Source: a bacterium
Lineage (GTDB): Bacteria; Hinthialibacterota; Hinthialibacteria; Hinthialibacterales; Hinthialibacteraceae
Assembly (NCBI GenBank): GCA_963662285.2
Contig: CAXXMV010000006.1
Location: forward strand, 512,001-576,000
DNA length: 64,000 nt
Reading direction: 5' to 3'
Positions 9,553 through 19,863 of the stretch are shown here, one piece after another; the stretch's first letter is position 1; the number at the start of each line of letters is the position of its first letter. Below the pieces are notes generated by a model. The model was not told where the DNA came from. It was given only the letters and a program-made list of their open reading frames with translations, and did not search any database. A program made the translations under genes and the position numbers.

Positions 9553-12084
9553 CTATTTCCTTCTCTTCAGATGCTGAATTATCTGCATGGCGCGGGTTGA
9601 ATAGAGGTGGTCTAAATTGATGCGGGTCTGCGCGGCCAGAATGATTGAGTCGCGCTCTTCTTGATGATCCAAATAGTATTTGATCTTTTCCGCAATATCA
9701 TTTTCATCATTAAACAAAGCAATTTCCTTGCCGGGAATCAAGTACTGATTGAGGTTATCCCCGGTATGAAATTGTGCGTCCGACAATACAAAACCATCGC
9801 ACATGGGAGCATCAAAATCAACCGCAGTTGGCCCGTCATGCGGGAAAAATGGATGCAGGTTGATGATGATGCGGGCGCTTTTATAAACATTAAATACTTC
9901 ATTGTAAGCCAACGGTCGGTGAAATACTTGCTGCTCCAGACATGTATCATTGAATACTTCAGGTAGTTGGTTAATTCCATAAATTTTAAGTTCTACATCA
10001 TGCAGACTGGATAAGACGCGCATACAACGCTGGCGGTAACACTCGTCCTGTATAAAAGAGTTGATACAATAATTATCTGAATCTGATTCATTATGTATTT
10101 TAATAGCGTCCAGTATAATTTTTTGTTCTGCCTCATTTAGTGATTGGCTGATCAATTGCTTCAGGTTTAAGGTGGGGTTTTTTATTTTATCATCAACGAT
10201 GCCATCAATTTTATCAATAATATGATCCGGTAATTGATTCTTGATGGGATTGGTATCTAATGGATTGCCGATAAAGGCGATATCGCTTTCCAATTCTTCT
10301 TTATAATAATAAGCCCATGTCGCTGAGCCGATGGGAAGCCGGTTTACTCTATCCAATTTCTTCAATTCGCTCGGCTCTTCATCCTGGCTGTATTGATAAA
10401 AAACAGTTTCGTTTTCAGATAGAGATTGAATCTCTTCGCTGGTTGGTTCGCTTGGTCGCCAGGTGATGCGGGGAATAGGGATCGATTCAATCGCCTTCAT
10501 CAAGCGGCTTGATGGTACGTTGATAAAGAGAAGGCAATCAGGCAGGGTTTGGTATATATGGCGTAGTATTGTCTGACGATCCTTCTCCGCAAGTTTTGTT
10601 GCATCAGCAAGAACTTTGATTGTGCGCGTAGTAAACAAGTGTCGCTTGAAACCGTCATCCATCCCATCAGCGGTTATCAACCACTGGGGATCATCAGCAA
10701 CGAATAGCAGTACCCGTTTATTCTGTATAGCATTCTTGCTTTTATAATATTCGGCGACGCTTTTCATTAAAAAGTTTATTGGATCATTTCCCGACTGGGC
10801 TACTTCCCGTCCTCTACCTAGAAAAGCATTACGAATTTCAAGCATATTGACGGGGGGAATATTAGTTTTGATTGGCGCCGGGCGTTGATCCATGACGGGC
10901 GCCGCCATGATAGAATTGATGAAATGCGGCGCCAGTTTTCCTTGGAAATCTCTTAAAAGCATCTCTTGTAATTCACTGCCGATATACCAATATACATAAT
11001 TGAAAATTTTGAAAACGCTATAAGAATATACAAAAAGATGCGATATGAAATAATCCCAATCGGGTTCCATGATAACCACTGGTTTATTATCTTTATGCTT
11101 CTTACTGTATAGTTGGCTGGGGTGGATGGAATGGATTCCATTTATCAAAAGCCATTGTTTGTCTGATTGATAGGTCTGGTATTGCTTATAGGCGGCAGCT
11201 GATTGTGATGGTTGATCAGGAATGATCCATTGGCATTCCCCGCCTGGTTCCGTCAGGCGTTTTTTGAAGCAAAACCGGTCGGCTTCACGGCGTACTTCAA
11301 TTTCCGGTAAGGCAATATGTTCTCTGATCGATTGTTCTAATCGGGGATGAAATTGCTTGAAATAAAGCAGGTTCTCTTTAAGAGCATCGGTATAGAACTG
11401 ATCGAGTGGAACATAACCGTCTTCTATCTTGGATGGATGCGAATTTTGTTTTGAAACTGTTCCCCGGCAATGACGCAAATCAGGCGCAACTATTGCATCA
11501 ATATCAATCTTCACCGGGCGGTTCAGCAGTTCTTCTAATTTTTTCAGATTTATTTCGGGTTGCTCGAACCAGTCTTGATAATCAATCACGGCATAGGGGA
11601 CATCGAAATTGGCCTGGTTCCATGCAATGCGTTCCAGATATTTTTCGACAATTTGACGCCCCTTGGTAAGTTCCATGTTATTGGCATGATATAGTGATTC
11701 AGCGATGGCTTCCGTATCTCTGGAGGTGTAAATTATTCGCAGGTCGTAATGCATTAAAACCGGATGCCAGACCGGAAAAGTAAAGGTAAAGCGTGGGTCT
11801 TTGATGGCGTAATCATGCTCTGGAATCTTAAAAGGAATTGTCGTTCCGATAAATTTTTCAATAGCTTCGACGCCGGGAGTTGGATATCGGTTTTTAGGAT
11901 CGCCTGAAGCTGATGCTAATATGCCATGATTAAATTCAACTATAGCATTGCTTTCAAAATAGCCCCGCTGGTTCTGTTCGTTAGCTGAGATGCAATCATT
12001 ACCGCAATCGAAGCCCATAGCATGAAGCACTTGCATGACCAGTGATGAGCCGGTGCGCCCCATTCCCATAACCACTATGAGCAT
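9553..12084 (-). CDS. sulfotransferase-glycosyltransferase fusion (sulfotransferase domain + Maf-like region + CgeB-like GT)
   Basis: N-terminal MGMGRTGSSL PAPS-loop, KDPRF; C-terminal GKEIALF...DHLYSTRA. Confidence 0.8.
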   Translation of the reverse strand: MLIVVMGMGRTGSSLVMQVLHAMGFDCGNDCISANEQNQRGYFESNAIVEFNHGILASASGDPKNRYPTPGVEAIEKFIGTTIPFKIPEHDYAIKDPRFTFTFPVWHPVLMHYDLRIIYTSRDTEAIAESLYHANNMELTKGRQIVEKYLERIAWNQANFDVPYAVIDYQDWFEQPEINLKKLEELLNRPVKIDIDAIVAPDLRHCRGTVSKQNSHPSKIEDGYVPLDQFYTDALKENLLYFKQFHPRLEQSIREHIALPEIEVRREADRFCFKKRLTEPGGECQWIIPDQPSQSAAAYKQYQTYQSDKQWLLINGIHSIHPSQLYSKKHKDNKPVVIMEPDWDYFISHLFVYSYSVFKIFNYVYWYIGSELQEMLLRDFQGKLAPHFINSIMAAPVMDQRPAPIKTNIPPVNMLEIRNAFLGRGREVAQSGNDPINFLMKSVAEYYKSKNAIQNKRVLLFVADDPQWLITADGMDDGFKRHLFTTRTIKVLADATKLAEKDRQTILRHIYQTLPDCLLFINVPSSRLMKAIESIPIPRITWRPSEPTSEEIQSLSENETVFYQYSQDEEPSELKKLDRVNRLPIGSATWAYYYKEELESDIAFIGNPLDTNPIKNQLPDHIIDKIDGIVDDKIKNPTLNLKQLISQSLNEAEQKIILDAIKIHNESDSDNYCINSFIQDECYRQRCMRVLSSLHDVELKIYGINQLPEVFNDTCLEQQVFHRPLAYNEVFNVYKSARIIINLHPFFPHDGPTAVDFDAPMCDGFVLSDAQFHTGDNLNQYLIPGKEIALFNDENDIAEKIKYYLDHQEERDSIILAAQTRINLDHLYSTRAMQIIQHLKRRK

Positions 12085-12156
12085 ATTCTATTCCTTTGCG
12101 TTTTTGAATAGCTTCCCATGATTATAATAAACCCGGTCTAAGTTAGGATTGGAAAC

Positions 12157-12450
12157 TTATTTGGCTGATGGTCCGGTTACAGTTTGAGGCTGCGCCAGTT
12201 TTTGTCCCTGCGGTAATATAGAAGGCGTTTGCTGATCCGTCTCCTGTTTGACGACAAAGGTTTTTTTCTCTTTTTGTACAGGCGTTGGTGGACTCTTCTC
12301 TACAGGCGTCGGGGCCGCCTTTTTTACTAGCGCCGGGGTTGTATATGTAGCATTATAATCGGGTGTGGGGGATGGTATGAATATTATTAATCCCATAACT
12401 ACAACCACGATAACCATAAGAACAACTATCAATACTGATGGCAAATGCAT
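12157..12450 (-). CDS. small membrane-anchored Pro/Thr-rich hypothetical protein (possibly truncated)
   Basis: N-terminal TM, low-complexity tail; RBS GGAG. Confidence 0.55.
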   Translation of the reverse strand: MHLPSVLIVVLMVIVVVVMGLIIFIPSPTPDYNATYTTPALVKKAAPTPVEKSPPTPVQKEKKTFVVKQETDQQTPSILPQGQKLAQPQTVTGPSAK

Positions 12451-12666
12451 TTATAAGTCTCCAAATAAAACAGGTTTATTGGCAATCAAAGCAACAATGA
12501 ATATAATAGATCGACGGCAAAAATACTCTAATTGATTAGTTCCACGATTCGCAAGATTTTACCACTACAGCCTTATTAATGAAAGCGGGTTGATTCAATA
12601 ACAAGAGTAGTATGAATAATTACATATTATATATAACGAATCATACTCTATGAGGTCACCAGGATT

Positions 12667-13455
12667 ATGTCAAACTTACAACCGGAAACCAGACAACCAG
12701 ATCATAAAACCCCTGGCCGAAAAGTGGATTTTATTATTTGCGGCGTCCAAAAGGGAGGCACTACCGCATTGGACGCCTATTTTGTCGGGCATCCTGAGAT
12801 ATGCCTGGCTCAAAAAAAAGAATTACACTTTTTTGATACTGAAGCCTTTTTTGAATCAAAACAACCAGACTATTCCATATATCATTCCTGGTTCAACCTA
12901 AAAGCCGAGCATAAGGTTATTGGCGAATCTACCCCTATATACATGTATTGGTATGATACTCCAAAGCGTATTTGGCAATATAACCCGGAGATGAAACTCA
13001 TCGTTATATTAAGAAATCCAATCGATAGAGCATATTCTCATTGGAATATGGAACGATCCAGAAATTACGATAATTTATCGTTTTGGGATGCCATCCAAAA
13101 TGAACCTCAGAGGCTTCGTGAGTCTTTGCCATATCAACACAGGATATTTTCATATATTGACCGGGGTTTCTACTTGGAACAGTTGCGCCGTCTTTGGTTC
13201 TTCTTCCCCAAAGACCAGGTGCTCATCATTAAAAATGAGCATTTGAGAAATCAACCAAAAGAAGCATTAGAAGATTTAACCGATTTTCTTGGAATTAACA
13301 AATTCGAAAATATAGAAAACTCAAAAGTCAATTCACTTCCCTATCAGTCGCAAATGAGCCATAAAGAAAGAGAGTACCTGCAATACGTTTTTGAGCATGA
13401 AATTCATGGTTTAGAAAGGATTTTGGGCTGGGATTGCAGTGATTGGCTGAAATGA
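12667..13455 (+). CDS. sulfotransferase (heparan-sulfate 3-O-ST-like Sulfotransfer_1 family)
   Basis: GVQKGGTTAL, KELHFFD, GESTPIY, ILRNPIDRAYSHW. Confidence 0.93.
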   Translation: MSNLQPETRQPDHKTPGRKVDFIICGVQKGGTTALDAYFVGHPEICLAQKKELHFFDTEAFFESKQPDYSIYHSWFNLKAEHKVIGESTPIYMYWYDTPKRIWQYNPEMKLIVILRNPIDRAYSHWNMERSRNYDNLSFWDAIQNEPQRLRESLPYQHRIFSYIDRGFYLEQLRRLWFFFPKDQVLIIKNEHLRNQPKEALEDLTDFLGINKFENIENSKVNSLPYQSQMSHKEREYLQYVFEHEIHGLERILGWDCSDWLK

Positions 13456-13509
13456 AACAGAACAATGCCGTTTGTTCCATAACTTAAGATAAATATTGAA
13501 CGTTGTATA

Positions 13510-13830
13510 ATGGAGTTTTCCATCATATGCAATATAAGTCAGGATAAAATGAAAAAGACTTTTCTGATTGGCATATCATTATCATTAATTTTGTGCAGCG
13601 GGTGCGCTGGCGTATCCATCCCGGTGGGAAGTCTATTGCCCCTTTTGTTGATCGAAGAGAATACCGTTAAACCAGAACAAAAACCGCCCTTGGACAAGAA
13701 CAACCAAATCACTTTAGATGATCTAAGATTGATGGATGAAGATTTAGATATTTTTGATCTCCCCGATATAGAGATGCTATCTACTGCGTATATGGAATAC
13801 GCCGTTGCTCAAGAAATCCGGATAAAATAA
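13510..13830 (+). CDS. putative lipoprotein (start probably MKKTFL)
   Basis: Signal peptide with lipobox CSGC. Confidence 0.55.
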   Translation: MEFSIICNISQDKMKKTFLIGISLSLILCSGCAGVSIPVGSLLPLLLIEENTVKPEQKPPLDKNNQITLDDLRLMDEDLDIFDLPDIEMLSTAYMEYAVAQEIRIK

Positions 13831-13831
13831 A

Positions 13832-13869
13832 AACAGCCGGGTTACGATTAATCACGCCGCCCGGCTGTT
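13832..13869 (+). terminator. stem-loop after 13830
   Basis: ACAGCCGGG...CCCGGCTGT inverted repeat. Confidence 0.55.
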
Positions 13870-13908
13870 CTCTTATCATTCGTTATTTATAGTCTGCCCC
13901 ACTCAGGC

Positions 13909-13950
13909 GTAGGATGGATCAGCGCTTTACCGACCCATCAAAAAACCACC
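13909..13950 (+). repeat. GTAG-footed REP variant (GTAGGATGGATC...GACCCATCAAAAAACCACC)
   Basis: Inverted homolog at 44858-44898. Confidence 0.7.
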
Positions 13951-13981
13951 CCCGACAAAAAAACACTCTTCCAATCTAAAA

Positions 13982-14962
13982 TCAATCAGAGAAAAACGGG
14001 AATAGTTCTTTGATCCGTTGCTTGTCCGGACGGCTGCCGTATTCGCAAATCTCAAATGCTTCAGCAGTCTTGATCTTCGATGCCCTCTCTTTACCATAGA
14101 ATTTTTCCAGCGCAGGCTTGTAATAATCTTTAACTAGAAATCTCTTACCAAAACGTTTGTTCAAGAAATCCAAACGTTCTTGCTGGTTGCCAGTGAAGAA
14201 TTTTGATTCATCCCCCGGGCCATTGGCGCCATACTCATGGAATTGAGAAACCAGTTTATCCAATCCAAGAAACTTTTGTTCTAATACGTCATCAATACCG
14301 ACCACGATATCCGCTGTTGATGGATATGGTTTTTGGAAGCGGTCCACCCAATAAAGAAAGACCGGATTCTTCTTGAGAGGTTCCGAGTCGGGGCAAATGA
14401 ATGGCACCGTTACCAGATAGGCCGCATCCTGCACCAGGATTGAGGTGTAACGATGATCGGGATGATAGTCGTTGGGGCGGTTGGTGATTACTATGTCCGC
14501 TTTCCATTGCTGGATCAGACGGATGAAGGTTTTGCGGTTTTCCAGCGTCGGCATTATCTCACCGTCGTGGATATCCAAGACCTGCGTTTCGATGCCATAT
14601 ATCTTGGCGGCCTCTTCCACTTCCCGTGTGCGGCGTTGAGCCAGAGGACCGCCCGCCATAACCGAATGCCCGATATCACCATTGGTAGACGATACGAATT
14701 TGACTTTATGCCCTTGTCGCGCCCATTTGATGGCGCAGCCCGCCACATTGATCTCACAGTCGTCTGGATGCGCCCCGAATACGATAATATGCAGCGGCTC
14801 ATCAGCCGATGCGCTCATCACCGTAAAACAGAAGCAGAACAGAAAATAGATCATGGCCAGGAAAGCCAGTACCATTAAGGCTTTGTTGTGGTTGAAACGA
14901 GTACGGATCATCATGACCGGATACCTCGTCAAATCGTTTTTAATCTCTGGATGTATTATCAC
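13982..14962 (-). CDS. PIG-L family deacetylase, secreted
   Basis: GAHPDD and DYHPDH metal motifs; GTG start at 14962 follows GGAGGAG. Confidence 0.9.
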   Translation of the reverse strand: MIIHPEIKNDLTRYPVMMIRTRFNHNKALMVLAFLAMIYFLFCFCFTVMSASADEPLHIIVFGAHPDDCEINVAGCAIKWARQGHKVKFVSSTNGDIGHSVMAGGPLAQRRTREVEEAAKIYGIETQVLDIHDGEIMPTLENRKTFIRLIQQWKADIVITNRPNDYHPDHRYTSILVQDAAYLVTVPFICPDSEPLKKNPVFLYWVDRFQKPYPSTADIVVGIDDVLEQKFLGLDKLVSQFHEYGANGPGDESKFFTGNQQERLDFLNKRFGKRFLVKDYYKPALEKFYGKERASKIKTAEAFEICEYGSRPDKQRIKELFPFFSD

Positions 14963-15028
14963 GATATCTCCTCCATAAATCAATAGATTTTTTGTATATC
15001 TAAACGCCTTTTTTATCCAATAAACCAT

Positions 15029-15077
15029 GCACCCGGAATTCCTCTCCCAAGATTGGGAGAGGCTAGGTGAGGGTTGA
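15029..15077 (+). repeat. extragenic palindrome family C
   Basis: CCTCTCCCAAGATTGGGAGAGG..GGTGAGGGTTGA; near-identical direct copy at 17048-17095. Confidence 0.9.
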
Positions 15078-15144
15078 TAACAATCACCTACGTAAAATGA
15101 ACAACACTAAAACAAACCATCACCCAATAACATAAAAACTCCAC

Positions 15145-16886
15145 TCATTTTCGCGCATAAACCATCTCCCCTCCCAAATAGGTTTTAAGCACCTGCATCT
15201 CTTTTATATCATCAACCGGGCAGCTCATGATATCGCGATCCAACACAATGAAATCGGCCAGTTTGCCCGGCTCCAGCGAACCGCGCTCTTTCTCGGCGAA
15301 GTGCAGATAAGCGTTGTTGATTGTATAGAAGCGGATGGCCTCCATCCGTGATAATCCCTGTTCCGGGTGTAGCGGCTTATCCATCCATTTAGCCTGGCGC
15401 GTCATGGTCACCCATATCGCCAGCCAGGGATCATAGAAATTGATTGAGCGTATCGAACCGATCTTCTGCATATGATCCGAACCGCCTCCCGCATGGGCGC
15501 CCAACGCCATCAGTGATTTAAGCGGTTGAAACCATTTGAGGCGCTCATATCCGAAGTGATTGGTCAAAGTCCGGCCATCCAAATGCAGCCATGCCGGTTG
15601 AATATCCATGCAAACGCCCAACTGCGCCACCCGTTGTACATCTTCCTCGCCCATGAAATTGGAATGGCATATCACCGGACGTTTGGCGCGGATGTCAAAT
15701 TTATCCTTGAGTTTGTCGCACCCGTCAATAATGGCATGAACCGCCCCGTCACCCACGCTATGGGCATTGAATTGCACGTCATACTCCATACATGCTTCAA
15801 GAATAGCGTCCAGTTTTGTCCTCTGGAATAAAACGCAAACCACGATATTCAGGGTCGCTGATATTATAAAAGTCGCTCACCCCCCAAGGCTTGCGCATAT
15901 AAGCGCTGCCGGTCAACATGCCGCCGTCCATATAGACTTTGGATGCGCCCAGCCTCAGCATGGCGTCGCCTTTATACAATGGAGACTCTGCAATCTCCTT
16001 GATAGCACTACGGATTTTTTCCACTGATTGGATTGTATCGACATGTTTTGACAGGTACGAGCGGACGCTCAGTTTCTCTTGTTGATAAAGCGTTTTGTAT
16101 AGCTCAATTACAGAATCTCTGGCATCGCGTTCCCCGATGCCGGTGATGCCCACCCGGTTATAGTCATCGAATAGCTCAACCAGTTTTTGCAGATGCGCTT
16201 CCTGGCCCGGTTCTTTTTGGGGAGACTTATACTTCAGGTACCGGGTGCAACTGCGCAGGATTCCGGTCAACTCACCAGTCTGCGGGTCTTTCTCGGCATG
16301 ACCGGGGCCGCCGTCATCAACCTTCCAATCCTTGTCAATACCGCTCATTTCGAGCGCCAATGTACTGACCGAAGCATCCGGTCCAGTGCGGAATACTGTA
16401 GGATTATCCGGCGCGATAGCGTCCAGTTCAGCGCGGGTGGGGTATCGTTCTTCCTTCAGACGGGTCAGGAACACCTGACTGACCCAGATCCAATCGCCTT
16501 TTTTGACAACCTCGGTGCGTGACTTTATATAAGCCAAAACATCAGCAATGCTCTCCATAGCCGGAACCGGATGGTCGTATTCCGTCATACAGGCCGCCGC
16601 TGGATGTCCATGAGAATCAATAATCCCCGGCATGACGCATTTTGCCTTTAAGATCAATGATTTTAGTATCTTGCGTCTTATAAACCGAGGTTTCCCGAGC
16701 AGTTCCAACAGCAATAATCCGGTCGCCCTTCAACGCCATACTCGAATGAATGCTGAATGCTGCATCCACTGTAATAATCTTCCCATTAATAAAAATCTGA
16801 TCGGCGGAATCGATCGCCGCATAAGGACTAATAGAAATTAGTAATAAACATAACAATAAATATCCCAATGATTTATACCGTTTCAT
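15145..16886 (-). pseudogene. YtcJ-like amidohydrolase (Amidohydro_3) split by two +1 frameshifts
   Basis: Three consecutive ORFs: signal peptide/NGKIITVD; PGIIDSHGH; AHSVGD, GGSD, GSLEPGKLADF. Confidence 0.85.
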
Positions 16887-17047
16887 GATTCACCTCAATA
16901 TAGAAGATTGAATGAATTATCGATCATATCATACATAACGTGAGAAATGACAGTGTTCAATAACCATATAGACCATCCAATCATGAAAAATCCCGCCCAT
17001 CAAGAAAATCCCGGCCATCCAGATTCACACAAATAAATTCACCTAAG

Positions 17048-17095
17048 CACCCAGAATCCCTCTCCCAAGATTGGGAGAGGCCAGGTGAGGGTTGA
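17048..17095 (+). repeat. extragenic palindrome family C
   Basis: Direct repeat of 15029-15077. Confidence 0.9.
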
Positions 17096-17147
17096 AAAAA
17101 ACCACCCAATCAAAAAAACCACCCAAATTAAACAAAAGTTCACCAAT

Positions 17148-17162
17148 TGGCACGCTTCTTGC
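17148..17162 (+). promoter_or_regulatory. sigma-54 (-24/-12) promoter consensus
   Basis: TGGCACG-CTTC-TTGC (GG-N10-GC), 45 bp upstream of ATG 17208. Confidence 0.7.
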
Positions 17163-17207
17163 CAATTAACGTACCAAAGCCACAAAAAAAAACCAAGGAG
17201 AACTCAA

Positions 17208-17567
17208 ATGTCTACCAAACAAGAAGCCATAACCAAATTCGATGAACAAATCATGGATACTCTATACCACTGCATAATGAAGATTTCAGAACATCTAAAA
17301 AATGCCTACGACCCGGACTCGCCAGAATCAAACGCCCTCTTCCGCCTATACTGTTCCGCAGTCAGAACCAACATACAAATGACCAATAAATACCTCAAAG
17401 ACCAATCAAAAGAGAATCTCAGCCAAAATCAAAACCAAAACTCCCGAAACATGCCAAACAACAATCAAACCAGCTTCAAAAACATCCCGAACCAAAAAGC
17501 AAATGCATCTTGCCCAACCCAAAACAATAACAAAACATCATTCTGGAGAAAAAAGAAAACCGCCTGA
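17208..17567 (+). CDS. hypothetical protein, helical N-terminus and N/Q-rich tail
   Basis: RBS AAGGAG before ATG 17208; upstream sigma-54 motif. Confidence 0.6.
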   Translation: MSTKQEAITKFDEQIMDTLYHCIMKISEHLKNAYDPDSPESNALFRLYCSAVRTNIQMTNKYLKDQSKENLSQNQNQNSRNMPNNNQTSFKNIPNQKANASCPTQNNNKTSFWRKKKTA

Positions 17568-17801
17568 CCAAAGCGGCTCACAATAACATATATGGATTAG
17601 AATCTCATTAGATCAATCCATCACCCATAAACCCCATTTTGTACTTTATGGCGATTCCTGGCATAAAGCAGGCTGGGTGTGTGTACTTATTTGTTAGTAA
17701 CGCTAAATATTCAGCATTGACCTGTATTTTATCGATGAGATATTGGATGATAGAACTAATGTAATTAAAAAAATAAGATTCAACTTGGGAGATTGGAAGA
17801 T

Positions 17802-17842
17802 TGGGTGCCAAGGGCAAGACCGCAAAGCGGTCAGCCCTTGAT
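17802..17842. repeat. extragenic palindrome family B (CAAGGGCAAGACCGC-AAA-GCGGTCAGCCCTTG)
   Basis: Homologs at 20671, 23826, 23892 and 34226. Confidence 0.85.
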
Positions 17843-18052
17843 GCGATCACTTATGATTGTGGTAAACTCATAGATTTTCCTGGGAACTCACGCTAGAGGT
17901 TGATATTAGTTTCATGTGCATTGTGTTGAGTCAGAAACAAGACGCATATATAAAACAGATTGGTTTATTATGGAAAAGCAATGAATAAATTAAAAAGTAA
18001 TTATTACAAACCTATAATAAAAACAGATATTAAAATTGATAGTATTAGCGAA

Positions 18053-18085
18053 GTAGGATGGGACAAAGCGCCAGCGTGTCCCATC
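18053..18085 (+). repeat. GTAG-footed REP (GTAGGATGGGAC...GTCCCATC)
   Basis: Near-identical to 30012-30044. Confidence 0.85.
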
Positions 18086-18164
18086 GTTTTCAATTAATCT
18101 ACGTAAAAAAAAGTGCGCTCAAGAAGCGAATCCTGAGCGCGGGTGAAAGATATGTGTTCAGCGC

Positions 18165-18203
18165 GTAGGGTGGGCTAAAAGCCGCGAAGCGGCGTAGCCC
18201 ACC
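18165..18203 (+). repeat. REP family A with GTAG foot
   Basis: GTAGGGTGGGCTAAAAGCCGCGAAGCGGCGTAGCCCACC. Confidence 0.9.
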
Positions 18204-18324
18204 AAATATCAACCCATGTTTACCGTCTAATTTCTCCTCAGGTATGATAGATTTCCTCTATAATAAATGACATAATCCAATAAGGTTAATCAATCCGTAG
18301 GCAATGAAGAGGGAAAAGGCCATT

Positions 18325-18456
18325 ATGAAAGACCAATTCTCACGCCGCGATTTTATCAGAAACTCTGGTTTAGGCGCCCTGTCTCTGCGTTTCACAAGCG
18401 ACGCCGTAGGAGCGCGTCGAATGATCCGTAGCCCCGCACCCAGCAGCGAAGCGTAG
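18325..18456 (+). pseudogene. orphan Tat-signal gene fragment (MKDQFSRRDFIRNSGLGALSL..., 43 aa)
   Basis: Purine-rich RBS, SRRDFI twin-arginine motif; stops inside a REP remnant GCGAAGCGTAGCC. Confidence 0.65.
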
Positions 18457-18484
18457 CCAAAAACACTGTGTTTATAGTGTAAAA

Positions 18485-19648
18485 CTATTCGTCGCCGGAC
18501 GCTTTGCTAACCCTCGTGCGCAGCTGTACTGTGGGCGAATCCGGCATGCCTGCGATGATATCCTCTTCTCTGAACCGGACCAGCAGGATTTCGCGTTGAT
18601 CTTTACGGGAATAATCGTAGATGATATGGATAACGCCGTTTTTGTCTTGTTGACCATCGGGGTAAGAGACTCCCTCTCTCTTGTCCAGCAATAGGCCGCC
18701 TTGCCAGGTCTTGCCGTCGTCTTTGGATAGGTAGGCCGTCAGGTGCGAGCGTCCGGTGCGTACTGTGATGGGGCCGTGTTTGACCAGCAGCAGGTTGCCC
18801 GATTGAAGGCGCCGGATAAAGAAACGGGCGGTTGGATGCTCTATGCCGCTGGGAACCAGTGGACTCCAGGTTTTGCCCCGGTCTTGGGATACGCTTTGGC
18901 CGATGCCATACTTGACCCGTACCAGCATCCATAGCGAACCGTCTTTTCTTTCGATGATCATGTGCTCGTCGAAAATCCGCACGTCAACAGGAATATTGCA
19001 GGCGCCTTCAAGGTCCCAGGTCTTACCCGAATCCCGCGATACAATCAGGCGGGCGCTGTCATCAGTTTCTCTCCAGGTGGAAGCGGGCAGAATCCATTCT
19101 CCAGTTGAAAGCACGGTTGGCTTGCACATCATTACTCCATCGGTAAGGCGCTGAGGTTTCGACCATGTTGGCTTAGCCGCATCGGGATTGCTTGTAGTCA
19201 TGCTCCACACCCCGGCTATCGTGCCGTTGTGACCGATGGTTTGCGCCCAGAACGACCATAGTTTTCCAGTGGGATCAATCCAGACTTCAGGGTCGTAAGC
19301 CCGCACCGGACCGTCGCCGTCTGGATCAATTATATGTAATTCTTTCCAGCTGGCGCCGTTATCTCCGCTGGTCGCCACGACTACGTAGTTGTTCTCATCT
19401 TCCGCTGGAGTCTTCCCGGCATACCAGGTAGCCCAAAGCCGCCCATTAGGAGCAATAGCCAGACTGGGGATGCCCTGAAAAGCACGCGACAAAACCGCAT
19501 GATCAGCTCTAGGGCAATCAAGCACCTGCGGCGATGCTTTGAATAACTCCTCAGCGCATAAACCCGGTAGGGCGCCGCTGATGAGAACTATTAACAATGC
19601 CAGTAATACCTTCTTCGGTCGTATTAATATAAACATAGTTTTCTCCAT
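18485..19648 (-). CDS. sialidase-family (BNR/Asp-box) protein, secreted
   Basis: Asp boxes SGDNGASW, SRDSGKTW, SQDRGKTW, SKDDGKTW; signal peptide. Confidence 0.9.
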   Translation of the reverse strand: MEKTMFILIRPKKVLLALLIVLISGALPGLCAEELFKASPQVLDCPRADHAVLSRAFQGIPSLAIAPNGRLWATWYAGKTPAEDENNYVVVATSGDNGASWKELHIIDPDGDGPVRAYDPEVWIDPTGKLWSFWAQTIGHNGTIAGVWSMTTSNPDAAKPTWSKPQRLTDGVMMCKPTVLSTGEWILPASTWRETDDSARLIVSRDSGKTWDLEGACNIPVDVRIFDEHMIIERKDGSLWMLVRVKYGIGQSVSQDRGKTWSPLVPSGIEHPTARFFIRRLQSGNLLLVKHGPITVRTGRSHLTAYLSKDDGKTWQGGLLLDKREGVSYPDGQQDKNGVIHIIYDYSRKDQREILLVRFREEDIIAGMPDSPTVQLRTRVSKASGDE

Positions 19649-19863
19649 GATGTGGTATACAGCTGAATAAAAACTATTCTATGTTATCACGATTATGATG
19701 TTGAAGGGAGGAATGGCTAATAGGGGATCAATAAAACTTAAATATTGATTGGTTTATGAGTTCAAGAATAAAACTTCTATAGACAATTCTGCACTATTAA
19801 TGCTACTTTAAGGCATCGAAATGACGTTGATCATATAAACTAAATCAAAATGGAGAAACAAAA

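Noticed and set aside
17659-17675. Second sigma-54-like site TGGCATAAAGCAGGC
   Set aside because: Poor -12 element and no downstream gene in that orientation
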